This document shows, one piece after another, positions 1 through 9,436 of a stretch of DNA of 64,000 bases (position 1 is its first letter; every line of letters begins with the position of its first letter). The position numbers and the translations under genes were made by a program. The stretch is taken from contig CAZGXJ010000003.1 of assembly GCA_964529905.1 (NCBI GenBank), positions 2,245-66,244 on the forward strand, given 5' to 3'. The notes under the pieces were generated by a model. It was not told where the DNA came from. It did not search any database and saw only the letters and a program-made list of their open reading frames with translations. Source of the DNA: an uncultured Nitrososphaeria archaeon (lineage in GTDB: Archaea; Thermoproteota; Nitrososphaeria; Geothermarchaeales; JDFR-13).

Positions 1-236
1 GACCTTTGGGATATAGATCTTCAAATCTATATCCAGTTATATTCTACTATATCGCCATATTATCTTCACTATATTTAGCTGGATTAAACCTATATTTACC
101 CATAGCAGAAACATTTATATTTCTATTTACGCCACTCCCCACATTTATATACTTAATCTTTAAAGCCAAGTTCTAATAATGACAATTTAAAAATCGATTT
201 GTGAGATTGAGGTATCTAACGGGAAGGTAGAACAAT

Positions 237-2096
237 ATGGCGGAAGAGAAGGTATCTCTAAAGAGGGAGATTGGTTTACTTGGGTCCTTCTCAATGGGTT
301 TTGCAGATGTAGGTGCAGATGTATTTCTAGCGATAGGAATTGTAGCTTTATATGCAGCTGGATTCAGTCCGCTGGCTTTCCTAATAGCATCTATCTGCTA
401 CATAACAACTGGATTGGTATACGCAGAGTTAAGCGAATTATATCCATATGCAGGTGGAGCTCAGGTATATGGGACAAAGGCTGGCGGAGACTTGATGGGC
501 TTCCTAATGGGTTGGGCCATCCTATTGGATTATGTACTGGACATCGGCCTATTCTCAATAGCTAGCGCTGGATACCTATCATTCATATTTCCCTCGATAA
601 AGAATGAATTAACCATTAATATTGGGTCGATGGAGCTGACCCTAAGTAAAATCGGATTAGTGGCATTCATAATCGTACTATTTCTAATTGGGATAAATAT
701 CCTTGGTATTAAGGAGTCGAGCACATTAAACGTAGTCCTCGTATTGATGACAATAATAACTGAATTATCTGTATTAATCCTCGGCTTCCTATTCGCCTTC
801 GACATAGATACATTCCTATCCCAACTAAACTTCTTTGGAAATCCAGAGCATATAAAGTATGTCTCATATACGGGTCTACTAGATATCAAGACTGAAAACT
901 TTATATTTGGAGTTACACTAGCCATGAGTAGCTTTATAGGTATAGAGTCGATAGCCCAAGCAGCGGAGGAGACTAGGAATCCCTGGAAATATCTCCATAG
1001 AGCCTTTAAAATAGGTATAGTATCAGTAATTATATTTACCCTATCCTTTTCAGTCTTGGGGTTAGGTGTCCTAGGCTGGGAGAACCTAGCAAATGAGGCA
1101 TATAATCCAATAGCCAGTATAGCCAGTAGGATACCTATAATAGGTGGGCTATTTTCACTAGCTGTAGCGTTTGTTGCCTTCGCAATAAACATGGTCTCAA
1201 CAAATACAGGTGTTATAGGGGTCTCAAGAGTCACATATAGCATGTCTAGATTCGAGATGTTACCCAAAATATTTAGTAGGTTACATAGGAAAAGGGCAAC
1301 GCCATATATAAGTATCATAATCTTCAGCCTAATAGGTGGGGCATTAGCATTGACGGGTGAGATACACTTCGTAGCTAGTCTATATAATTTTGGGGCGTTA
1401 CTCAGCTACCTACTAGTAAATATAAGCCATATACAGCTTAGGAAGAAGGATAGCGACGCATACAGAAATTGGAAGACCCCACTAAACATTAGATATAATG
1501 GCGTCGAATATAGTTTAATAGCTGTCCTCGGCGTTATAGCAACTGGTATACTCTTCTCACTAGTCATTATATATCACCCAGATGGGAGGTTCCTAGGCAC
1601 TCTATGGATGTTCATAGGATTAATAGCATTCATAACATATAGGAAGTATAGGGGGCAGAGCATCAGGGCATATATAGCTGCAGAGATCATACCGCCTGCA
1701 ACACCACATCTAAGAACTGGAATATTACTAAATCCAGGGATTAAATTAGATAAAGTGGTTGAGGCGATAAAGATACAGCTTCCAAAGATACATAGAATCT
1801 TCCTATTAGGCCAGATAGATATACCTAACGAGATGTCAGATGTAGATATATATAGATTCAGTAGGGATTTCGAGGAGGATATGCGTAGGTTGAATGAGAC
1901 CTTAAGTGAACTTGGATATAAAACAGAGTATAGGTTAGTCTTAGGTGACGGTAAACTCCTACAAGAAGTTATCAAAGAGTTACATATAGATCAATTAGCC
2001 GTTGTAAGGCCTAAAAGAGCCGGTAGAAAGACATATGATAAGAGGAGATCGGTGTTAAACATAGGCGGGCTAGAGGTTATCCATCTATATATATAG
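237..2096 (+). CDS. APC-family amino acid permease with a C-terminal cytoplasmic Usp-like domain
   Basis: Translation shows about 12 hydrophobic helices and N-terminal motifs typical of APC transporters (SFSMGFADVGADVFL, YAELSELYPYAGGAQVYG). The last ~150 aa are hydrophilic and resemble a universal stress protein (Usp) fold. Confidence 0.7.
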   Translation: MAEEKVSLKREIGLLGSFSMGFADVGADVFLAIGIVALYAAGFSPLAFLIASICYITTGLVYAELSELYPYAGGAQVYGTKAGGDLMGFLMGWAILLDYVLDIGLFSIASAGYLSFIFPSIKNELTINIGSMELTLSKIGLVAFIIVLFLIGINILGIKESSTLNVVLVLMTIITELSVLILGFLFAFDIDTFLSQLNFFGNPEHIKYVSYTGLLDIKTENFIFGVTLAMSSFIGIESIAQAAEETRNPWKYLHRAFKIGIVSVIIFTLSFSVLGLGVLGWENLANEAYNPIASIASRIPIIGGLFSLAVAFVAFAINMVSTNTGVIGVSRVTYSMSRFEMLPKIFSRLHRKRATPYISIIIFSLIGGALALTGEIHFVASLYNFGALLSYLLVNISHIQLRKKDSDAYRNWKTPLNIRYNGVEYSLIAVLGVIATGILFSLVIIYHPDGRFLGTLWMFIGLIAFITYRKYRGQSIRAYIAAEIIPPATPHLRTGILLNPGIKLDKVVEAIKIQLPKIHRIFLLGQIDIPNEMSDVDIYRFSRDFEEDMRRLNETLSELGYKTEYRLVLGDGKLLQEVIKELHIDQLAVVRPKRAGRKTYDKRRSVLNIGGLEVIHLYI

Positions 2097-2118
2097 GCTG
2101 GGGGAAATGTGATATTTT

Positions 2119-2355
2119 ATGAAGGCTATCGTGTTACTAGTCGTCGAACCAAATAAACTTGATGATGTTAGTAAGAAGCTCGCTAAAATACCTCAGGTGA
2201 CTAAGGTATACGAAGTTACAGGTGAATTCGATGTATTGATAGAGGTAGAGTTTGAAAGTATAGATGTGTTTAGCAATATATTGAAGAATGAGATCCTTAA
2301 AATTAATGGTATCAAAATGACCCAAAGTAGTCTAGTTCTAAGTGAGTGGAAGTGA
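2119..2355 (+). CDS. Stand-alone Lrp/AsnC C-terminal (RAM/ACT-like) domain protein
   Basis: The 78-aa product (VYEVTGEFDVLIEVEFESIDVFSNIL) matches the ligand-binding RAM domain of Lrp/AsnC regulators and lacks an HTH. Confidence 0.5.
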   Translation: MKAIVLLVVEPNKLDDVSKKLAKIPQVTKVYEVTGEFDVLIEVEFESIDVFSNILKNEILKINGIKMTQSSLVLSEWK

Positions 2356-2768
2356 AGAGGATATTAATCCCCATCGGTCTATATACTAAGCCTTTCCCAT
2401 ATACATTCCTAAAGGAAATATTTAGGGAACCTGGGAAGGTCGAGATAGTATTATTCACTGTTATAACCCTCCCCCCTACAACCTCACTAGAACAGAACGA
2501 CGTAGTTAAACTACCAATTGTAGAGGATCATAAAAGAAAGCTGGATGAAGTATCGAGTTTCTTTAGGGAGATGGGTTTTGAGGTGATTGAGAAGTTGGTC
2601 TTTGCAAGAGATGTGGTTGAAGCCATCTTAAATGAGGTTTTGGAGAATCCATATGACCTACTGGTACTGGTCAAGAGGAAGAATCTCCCTAGATTTATAG
2701 GTAGAAGTATAAGTAGAGCCTTACTACCCAAAGTACATAAGCCTATACTAATACTAACCATGGATTGA
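2346..2768 (+). CDS. Universal stress protein (UspA)-like
   Basis: 140 aa. N-terminal KRILIPIG and C-terminal G-x-S-x-S-RALL...PILIL resemble the Usp alpha/beta fold motifs. It overlaps the upstream gene by a few nt. Confidence 0.45.
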   Translation: MEVKRILIPIGLYTKPFPYTFLKEIFREPGKVEIVLFTVITLPPTTSLEQNDVVKLPIVEDHKRKLDEVSSFFREMGFEVIEKLVFARDVVEAILNEVLENPYDLLVLVKRKNLPRFIGRSISRALLPKVHKPILILTMD

Positions 2769-2769
2769 G

Positions 2770-3384
2770 ATGACTCAAGATATCTCAAAACTCCCCCCAA
2801 TAAAAAAGTATTTTTTATTGGCGAAGTATTATGGTAGGAACCCCACTAGAGGTTTGATATATTGGGGTGGGGAGCCTATATCCATTGAGGATATAGATAG
2901 ATATTCTAAGATACTAAGCGAAATGGATATACGGCTCAAAATATTGGAGGATTTAATCAGGGGAGTTATACCACCAGATGTAATAGCTGATGCGATAGAT
3001 TGGAAGGGATTTGAGGAGTTGGTCTCTCAGATATTTATGCTTTACGGATATAAGGTGGATAAGAATGTTAGGTTTAAGAGGTTTGAGTATGACATATTAG
3101 CCTTCAAGGAAGATATATTATTCTCGATAGATTGTAAACACTGGGACAGGATTATATATCCCTCTATGGCTGAAAAAATCGTGGATAGCCTCATAAGGAG
3201 AACAGTTAAACTGGATATGCTACCTAAATATAGAGGCTATAGAAAGTATGGCTTAGTAGTTACATTGGTTGAGGGTGGTGTATTAAAACATAGGGGAATA
3301 TACTTCATCCCGATTTATTACCTAAAAAACTTTCTCGAGGAGGTATATACATTGATATTTGAGGGGGAGTTGAAGGAGATATAA
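2770..3384 (+). CDS. PD-(D/E)xK nuclease-fold protein (Hjc/Mrr-like core with an N-terminal extension)
   Basis: The C-terminal half carries a D...(D/E)xK arrangement (EYDILAF ... LFSIDCKHW) like archaeal Holliday-junction resolvase and Mrr catalytic cores. The ~90-aa N-terminal extension has no recognised homology. Confidence 0.45.
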   Translation: MTQDISKLPPIKKYFLLAKYYGRNPTRGLIYWGGEPISIEDIDRYSKILSEMDIRLKILEDLIRGVIPPDVIADAIDWKGFEELVSQIFMLYGYKVDKNVRFKRFEYDILAFKEDILFSIDCKHWDRIIYPSMAEKIVDSLIRRTVKLDMLPKYRGYRKYGLVVTLVEGGVLKHRGIYFIPIYYLKNFLEEVYTLIFEGELKEI

Positions 3385-3385
3385 A

Positions 3386-3559
3386 CTACCTCGCTTTTAT
3401 ATGTATAGCCATATCCCTCCTAGCCTTCTCAATCACCGGGAATCCACATTCAGGACACTTCAGGTTCCTCTCCTTAGATAATCTCTTAGCTGTAAAGATG
3501 GCTCCACATCTGAGACATCTATATTTTATAGCTGTAGTATCCAATCTAATATTCCTCAT
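3386..3559 (-). CDS. rpoP: Small zinc-ribbon protein, RNA polymerase subunit P (Rpo12)-like
   Basis: Hand translation of the minus strand gives a 57-aa ORF: MRNIRLDTTAIKYRCLRCGAIFTAKRLSKERNLKCPECGFPVIEKARRDMAIHIKAR. It has a CxxC-x15-CPxCG zinc ribbon as in archaeal RpoP. It is absent from the ORF track because it is under 60 aa. AT-rich TATA-like sequence lies upstream. Confidence 0.4.
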   Translation of the reverse strand: MRNIRLDTTAIKYRCLRCGAIFTAKRLSKERNLKCPECGFPVIEKARRDMAIHIKAR

Positions 3560-3636
3560 CACACATAACTTTATATTGGGGATATATATAAAGACTACTC
3601 TTATTTAACAGCTTTAGAATCTATAGGTGCTTAAAG

Positions 3637-4779
3637 ATGTTGAGGATAGCGGTGTTTACTCCTACTCTAGAGTCGACAATACTTCTATCCCCCATATATA
3701 TAGAAATCAGTAGGTCAGGCCACACAATCCTATTCTACGATGTTGTTGAGGAGTCTGGATGGTTTGAGAAAGGCCTACAATATATATCCCTCGGATATTC
3801 GAAGCCTAGAAGGGTTTTGAGACATATCACTAGTGACTCATTGATAAATGAGGTTGATAGGATAATCTCTAAGGATGAACCAGATATAGCTGTGTTAGCT
3901 GGTTACTCACCAATAACCCTCAAACTCCTTAATATTTTGAAGAGACTTGGTTTAAAGACTATCCATGTGGAGAGTGGCCTGAGAAATTATAAGGAGGGTT
4001 ATTGGGAGGCCTTGAGACAGGCTATCGACTGGTCAAGTAGATTTAACGTGTTACCATCTAAGAGACATTATGAAAACCTTTATTCAGAAGGTTTTCCTAT
4101 GGAGCAGATGTATATAACCGGCTCTTTATATGTAGACAGCATCTTAACTAATCTAAGTGATGCAATAAAGAAGAGCTCTATATTGGAGGAGCTTAACCTC
4201 TATAGGGATAGATATATCTACAGCTATATATCATCGGATATGGCTGTGGAATATTCAAAATATTTGGGTGAGGCCTCAATCAAACTTGACATAGATATAG
4301 TTCTTCCTCTTCGAAGGAGGGTAAAAGATGTTTTGAAGGATGCTGAGCTATACTATAGATTGATGACTGACTACTATGTCATAGCTATTGAGCAGATCGA
4401 CTATCTAGACCACATAAACCTAATATATAACTCATCTGCAGTCATAACCGATGATCCACGTGTTTCACTCGAGTCAGCCATACTTAAAAAAGATGTATAT
4501 ATTCTTGAAGAGTCAAATGACTTATATGGCCTAATAGACCTAGGAGCGGCGAAACCACTCTCAATTAACGAAGATAAAATACTCGATTTAAAGTGGATGG
4601 GGTCTAAGAGAGATATATCACCTATATTTGGAGGTGGAGAGAGTAGATTCCATGTTTTAGATGCTATTGAAGGATTTTCAAATGCATCATATAGGGATGT
4701 GGAGTGGAGAGGCCTTTATCTAAGGAAGAATGGTGAGTTAATCATCTCAGATGTTAAATACAATTTTGAGGGTGTATAG
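3637..4779 (+). CDS. UDP-N-acetylglucosamine 2-epimerase (WecB)-like
   Basis: 380 aa. The HVESGLRN motif resembles the HVEAGLR(S/T) signature of non-hydrolysing UDP-GlcNAc 2-epimerases, and the length fits. Confidence 0.55.
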   Translation: MLRIAVFTPTLESTILLSPIYIEISRSGHTILFYDVVEESGWFEKGLQYISLGYSKPRRVLRHITSDSLINEVDRIISKDEPDIAVLAGYSPITLKLLNILKRLGLKTIHVESGLRNYKEGYWEALRQAIDWSSRFNVLPSKRHYENLYSEGFPMEQMYITGSLYVDSILTNLSDAIKKSSILEELNLYRDRYIYSYISSDMAVEYSKYLGEASIKLDIDIVLPLRRRVKDVLKDAELYYRLMTDYYVIAIEQIDYLDHINLIYNSSAVITDDPRVSLESAILKKDVYILEESNDLYGLIDLGAAKPLSINEDKILDLKWMGSKRDISPIFGGGESRFHVLDAIEGFSNASYRDVEWRGLYLRKNGELIISDVKYNFEGV

Positions 4780-4782
4780 GAA

Positions 4783-5481
4783 TTGGATAATATATTGATA
4801 CTCCTACCAACCTATAACGAGAGGGATAACCTATCAATACTTATCCCACAGATCTTCAGGGAGTATCCGAATATATCTATATTAGTTATAGATGATGATA
4901 GTAGGGATGGTACAGCTGAATTATTAAAGGGTTTCTCAATGGAATTTCAGGGGTTTAGATATATCATTAGGAAGGGTGAGAGGGGACTGGGGACAGCTTT
5001 ACTAAGAGGTTATGAGGAGGCTATAAAATCTGGATATAAATATTTGATCCAGATGGATGCAGACCTCCAGCATGACCCTAAATACATTAGGGATATCTTG
5101 GATAGGCTTATGGATGGATGCGACCTTGTAATTGCCTCTAGATATGTTAGGGGTGGAGGTATTGAGGGGTGGAGCTTTACTAGAAGACTTATAAGTAGAG
5201 TTGCAAATATCTATGGCAGGTTAGTCCTAGGAATAGACATAAAGGATTTGACAAGCGGTTTTAGAGGCTTCAATATAGAGAGTCTAGGGAAAGTATTTAA
5301 TAAGATTAAATATAGTAGGGGTTATGTTATCCAGGTTGAGGTTGTATATAGGTTTAAGGAGGCTGGTATGAAGATATGTGAGGTCCCATTCATCTTTAGG
5401 GAGAGGAAGAGAGGTAAATCCAAATTAGGGTTTTCAACGATTTTAGAGTTCTTTATAAATATTCTCAGGCTTAAATTATAG
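4783..5481 (+). CDS. GT2 glycosyltransferase, dolichol-phosphate mannosyltransferase-like
   Basis: ILLPTYNERDNL and VIDDDSRDGT motifs (GT-A DxD region) are typical of Dpm1-like enzymes. It sits next to the epimerase-like gene. Confidence 0.75.
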   Translation: MDNILILLPTYNERDNLSILIPQIFREYPNISILVIDDDSRDGTAELLKGFSMEFQGFRYIIRKGERGLGTALLRGYEEAIKSGYKYLIQMDADLQHDPKYIRDILDRLMDGCDLVIASRYVRGGGIEGWSFTRRLISRVANIYGRLVLGIDIKDLTSGFRGFNIESLGKVFNKIKYSRGYVIQVEVVYRFKEAGMKICEVPFIFRERKRGKSKLGFSTILEFFINILRLKL

Positions 5482-5485
5482 TGGA

Positions 5486-6319
5486 ATGAATATATCGATA
5501 GGTTTTATACAGCCTAAAATTAGGTTTGGAGATATAGACTATAACATTGAACGTATAGATACACTTGCATCTAAACTAGATGATTTCGACCTAATTGTTC
5601 TACCTGAACTCGTCTATACAGGATATATATTTCTTAATAGGGAGGAGGCTCTAAGGATTGGGAGGAAGTATAGGGAGAAGATGTATAGCCATATAGAGAA
5701 GTTTTCAGATAGATATTCGGCAGTGGTGGTTGCAGGCTTCCCCGAGGCAACAGATGGTAAGGTATATAACTCAGCCTTTATAGCATATAAGGGTGGTGTC
5801 ATAGATACCTATAGGAAGCTCCATCTATTCTATAGGGAGAAGGAATGGTTTGACCCTGGCGATAAGCCTCTAACTATCTATAAAATAGGGAATATGTTTA
5901 GGCTTGGTGTAATGATATGCTTTGATTGGCGTTTCCCTGAGGTAGCGAGGATACTCTCATTAAAAGGTGCAGATATCATAGCGCATCCCAGTAATCTAGT
6001 ATATGACTATGCATATACCGTAATGTTGGCAAGATCCGTAGAGAATAAGGTATATACGATTACATCTAATAGGGTTGGCATAGATGAGAGGGGTGGGATG
6101 AGGATAAGGTTTAAGGGTATGAGCCAGATAGTCTCTCCGGATATGGAGATACTGTATAGGGGTTATAAGTATAGGGAAGATGCCAAAGTTGTTGAGGTAG
6201 ATGTTAATAGGGCTAGGGACAAGATGGCAACCAAGCTGAACCACCTATTTATGGATAGACGAGTCGAATATTATTCAGATCTCCTTGAGTGGAGGACGGT
6301 GGAGCAGCCGGATGGCTAA
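5486..6319 (+). CDS. Carbon-nitrogen hydrolase (nitrilase superfamily)
   Basis: It has the VLPEL glutamate motif, a lysine region, and the MICFDWRFPE catalytic cysteine motif of the E-K-C triad. Confidence 0.7.
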   Translation: MNISIGFIQPKIRFGDIDYNIERIDTLASKLDDFDLIVLPELVYTGYIFLNREEALRIGRKYREKMYSHIEKFSDRYSAVVVAGFPEATDGKVYNSAFIAYKGGVIDTYRKLHLFYREKEWFDPGDKPLTIYKIGNMFRLGVMICFDWRFPEVARILSLKGADIIAHPSNLVYDYAYTVMLARSVENKVYTITSNRVGIDERGGMRIRFKGMSQIVSPDMEILYRGYKYREDAKVVEVDVNRARDKMATKLNHLFMDRRVEYYSDLLEWRTVEQPDG

Positions 6320-7604
6320 AGAACTTGACCATTTCCTAGGAGAGGAATATTTTAGATTAGTAGGTTCAGGTTTTCTAAAGCCAAAGTTATATGATAGTAT
6401 ATGCGTTAGGTGCAGGGGGCGTCTCCTACTATGTGGTAAACCAGTATGCCCAGTTACACTTGAGTTTAAGATATTGCTCGAGTCATATAGGGATCTATAT
6501 AGGGAAAACGTATCTGGTAATAGTCCTCCAAGCGTATTTATTGGGAGATATGGATATCCCAAGGTAAATATGGGTGTTATGACCCCACCAGAGTCTGGAG
6601 ATACATCTATATATGACTATCCTGAGAAGTGGATAGGCCTAAGTCTAGAAGATATTCTAAGGCTTAGGAGTAGATTATTATATGGTTCTAGGAGGATGCA
6701 TATATCAATAGCATCTCGAGGTGATAGGTATTACCAGGAGATACTTGACATATCATTAGCTAGGGTAAGCCCGGAAGTCGAGCTATATTTTGAGAGGAAG
6801 CCTTATAAGACTTTTGAGATTGATGAGGATATAACTCCATTTGGGCCTAGAGCACCTATTAAGAGTATGAGGCTTGGAACTCTTAAGCTTGATTATAGGG
6901 TTGAGAAGATATCATCTGACTATGATATGAAGGCCTCTGAATCAGTTATAAAGCTATATGAACATGGAGTGGAGATTAGTAGGATATCTAAAGTATTTAG
7001 TGTAGGTGGATTCGGCCTAAGGAAGCTCAGAAGATTAGTCCCAACCAGATGGTCTATAACTGCTGTGGATGATATTATTGGACGTTATCTATATAACATA
7101 GTCAAGGATTTGCCATTGATAGACGGTATATATGTATATGAATATAGTGCTTTGGAGAATAGGTATATAGCGATACTATTCCCAAGTAGATGGATGTATG
7201 AATTTATGGAGGCTTGGTATCCGGGGACATTCTGGAATAGGTTGGGTAGTGATGTAGCTGTGGAGGGTGACCATGAATTTGGTAGGCCTAGGTCTGAATA
7301 TGCGGAGATTGGGGGATGCTATTATGCTGCACGCCTAGCTACACTGGAATATCTTAGGAGGATAGGTAGGCAGGCTGGGGTAATAATATTTAGGGAGGCA
7401 TATCCAGGTTACTACTTCCCAGTTGGTGTATGGAGTGTTAGGGAGAGTGTTAGGAAGATGTTTGGGACAAAGCCTATAGAGTTTAAAGACTTTTCAGAGG
7501 CAGTTGAATACATATTTGCTAGGCTTAGAACCCCTAGATATAGATGGAGGAGCAAGATACTTGACCATATTTTCAGGCAGAGGAAATTAACGGAATATAT
7601 GTGA
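6285..7604 (+). CDS. Nre-family protein (archaeal predicted DNA-repair protein, NreA-like) with an N-terminal Cys4 cluster
   Basis: 439 aa. The N-terminal CVRCRGRLLLCGKPVCP cluster recalls the Nre_N zinc-binding motif. Assignment is from memory of the family signature, not from a search. Confidence 0.45.
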   Translation: MSGGRWSSRMAKELDHFLGEEYFRLVGSGFLKPKLYDSICVRCRGRLLLCGKPVCPVTLEFKILLESYRDLYRENVSGNSPPSVFIGRYGYPKVNMGVMTPPESGDTSIYDYPEKWIGLSLEDILRLRSRLLYGSRRMHISIASRGDRYYQEILDISLARVSPEVELYFERKPYKTFEIDEDITPFGPRAPIKSMRLGTLKLDYRVEKISSDYDMKASESVIKLYEHGVEISRISKVFSVGGFGLRKLRRLVPTRWSITAVDDIIGRYLYNIVKDLPLIDGIYVYEYSALENRYIAILFPSRWMYEFMEAWYPGTFWNRLGSDVAVEGDHEFGRPRSEYAEIGGCYYAARLATLEYLRRIGRQAGVIIFREAYPGYYFPVGVWSVRESVRKMFGTKPIEFKDFSEAVEYIFARLRTPRYRWRSKILDHIFRQRKLTEYM

Positions 7605-7610
7605 TCATAT

Positions 7611-8453
7611 ATGGCGACTAGGAAGCTTAGGTTTGAAGGTAACTACTACTTCCATGAGACCCCCCTACCCGAGATGGATTATAGTATAAATCCGTATTTT
7701 GGATGTGAAGTTGGATGTAAGTATTGCTACACAATATACTATCTAAAGATTAGGGGGTTGGAAGATAGATGGGGGAGTTATGTCGAGGCCAAGGTTTATC
7801 TCCCTAGGATCCTAGCTAGGAATCTACATAAGTTTAAGAAGGGGGCCGTTATAGGTATCGGAACGGCTACAGATCCGTATCAACCTTGGGAGGCTAAACT
7901 TATGCTTACGAGGAGGATATTAAAGATTTTGAGGAGGAGGGGAGATCTACATCTATCTATCCAGACTAGATATCCCCTTATACTCAGGGATATCGATATC
8001 ATCGTTAGTGGTCCTAGTGATGTAGGGACATCTATACCGTCTATGGATAAGAGGTTTAGGGAGGTTTTCGAGCCCAGAGTTCCAAGTCCATATGCCAGGT
8101 TTAAGATGTTGGAGAGGTTCTCAGAATTAGGTGTAGAGACATGGATATATATCGCTCCTATCATCCCATATGTAAATGATTCTCCTGAGAACTTCGAGGA
8201 GATAGTTAGTAACGCGGTTAGATATGGTGTAGATACCATTTATACAGATATTTTTAGGACTAGGATAGGTGTTAAAAAGATTTTTATGGAGGCTCTCGAA
8301 GCATTTGATAGTGAGTTGGCAGTTAAATATCGTGGGTTAAATAGGAGGGATCTCTTTAAGAGGTATGAGGAGATGGTTCCGAAATATAGGGCTATAGCTA
8401 GTTCCTATGGAATAAAATATATAGATGCTATGCCCATGATGTTTAACTATTGA
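7611..8453 (+). CDS. Radical SAM protein, SplB-like (DNA repair photolyase family, COG1533-like)
   Basis: INPYFGCEVGCKYCY holds the CxxxCxxC radical-SAM cluster in the arrangement typical of SPL-like proteins. It is immediately downstream of the Nre-like gene. Confidence 0.6.
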   Translation: MATRKLRFEGNYYFHETPLPEMDYSINPYFGCEVGCKYCYTIYYLKIRGLEDRWGSYVEAKVYLPRILARNLHKFKKGAVIGIGTATDPYQPWEAKLMLTRRILKILRRRGDLHLSIQTRYPLILRDIDIIVSGPSDVGTSIPSMDKRFREVFEPRVPSPYARFKMLERFSELGVETWIYIAPIIPYVNDSPENFEEIVSNAVRYGVDTIYTDIFRTRIGVKKIFMEALEAFDSELAVKYRGLNRRDLFKRYEEMVPKYRAIASSYGIKYIDAMPMMFNY

Positions 8454-9436
8454 TTCTCTAAGTATGATAGAATCTTCTTGACATATCTATTTATAGCTTC
8501 CAATCCATGACTAGTCCTAACTATTTTTGATAGGAATCTTTCTCCATCCTCCATAACTACATCTCTATAATATTTAAGGAAATATTCCCCAGACTTTGTT
8601 AGATATGTATCAATATTTATCCCACTATCTTTAATCACTTCTCCATAGATATATCCAATTATATGTGGTAATGTTATTAGATATGCCATCGCATATTCAT
8701 GTATATCTAAGTCACTATATATTACTCTAAAACCCATCTCTCTAAATAGATCCGCTATTGTCGATGCTTCATCCATCCTATCTTCTATAGGAATTATGAT
8801 TATCCTCTCCCCATGATGTGTTGAGATGTTTGGCCCGAATAATGGATGTATGCTACATACATTTACATAGTGTGGGAAGCTCTTCAATATATTTATTACC
8901 TCATCCTTTATAGTCGCTATATCAAAGATATATTTATCTCTGAAACCATACCTAACTATGAGAGACTTAATTCTTTTTAAAACGTTGGATATGCTATATA
9001 GATCTGTAGCTACCATTATGTATTCAGACTTATCCAACAATTCATTCATCGATTTACATATCTTCCCTTTTTCACTATCGTATTTCTTCGGGTCTATATC
9101 GTAGATATATACATCTAGATATTCCCGAAATATTCTAGTGAATAATTTACCCATCCTCCCATATCCAATTATCCCTATTGAGCCATCCAATCTATTGGGT
9201 ATATAATGCCTCTCCTGAATCCTCTTTGAATGCTCCAATATCTTCTTAAATATTTCTCTATATATCCCTGCTTTATTTAGAATCTCCTCCTCCCGCTTTA
9301 TATCCTCTATTGGTATGCCTAAATTCCTCTTAATCCTTCCTATTTCACTGGCTATAGCCATCCTCCTATCTAGAAGCTCTAAAATTTTCTCGTCTATCTT
9401 ATCTATCTCATTCCTAAGTTTTTTAAGGTTATCCAT
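8447..9436 (-). CDS. tyrA: Bifunctional chorismate mutase / prephenate dehydrogenase
   Basis: N-terminal AroQ chorismate mutase helices (LRNEIDKIDEKILELLDRRMAIASEIGRIK), followed by the GIIGYGRMG Rossmann motif of prephenate dehydrogenase. It is the last gene of the aro operon. Confidence 0.75.
   Translation of the reverse strand: MDNLKKLRNEIDKIDEKILELLDRRMAIASEIGRIKRNLGIPIEDIKREEEILNKAGIYREIFKKILEHSKRIQERHYIPNRLDGSIGIIGYGRMGKLFTRIFREYLDVYIYDIDPKKYDSEKGKICKSMNELLDKSEYIMVATDLYSISNVLKRIKSLIVRYGFRDKYIFDIATIKDEVINILKSFPHYVNVCSIHPLFGPNISTHHGERIIIIPIEDRMDEASTIADLFREMGFRVIYSDLDIHEYAMAYLITLPHIIGYIYGEVIKDSGINIDTYLTKSGEYFLKYYRDVVMEDGERFLSKIVRTSHGLEAINRYVKKILSYLENQ

Noticed and set aside
530-1318. 262-aa minus-strand ORF inside the APC permease gene
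   Set aside because: It is antisense to a well-supported transporter gene. The translation is low-complexity and Ile/Leu/Asn-rich with no motifs. This is typical shadow-ORF behaviour in AT-rich coding DNA.
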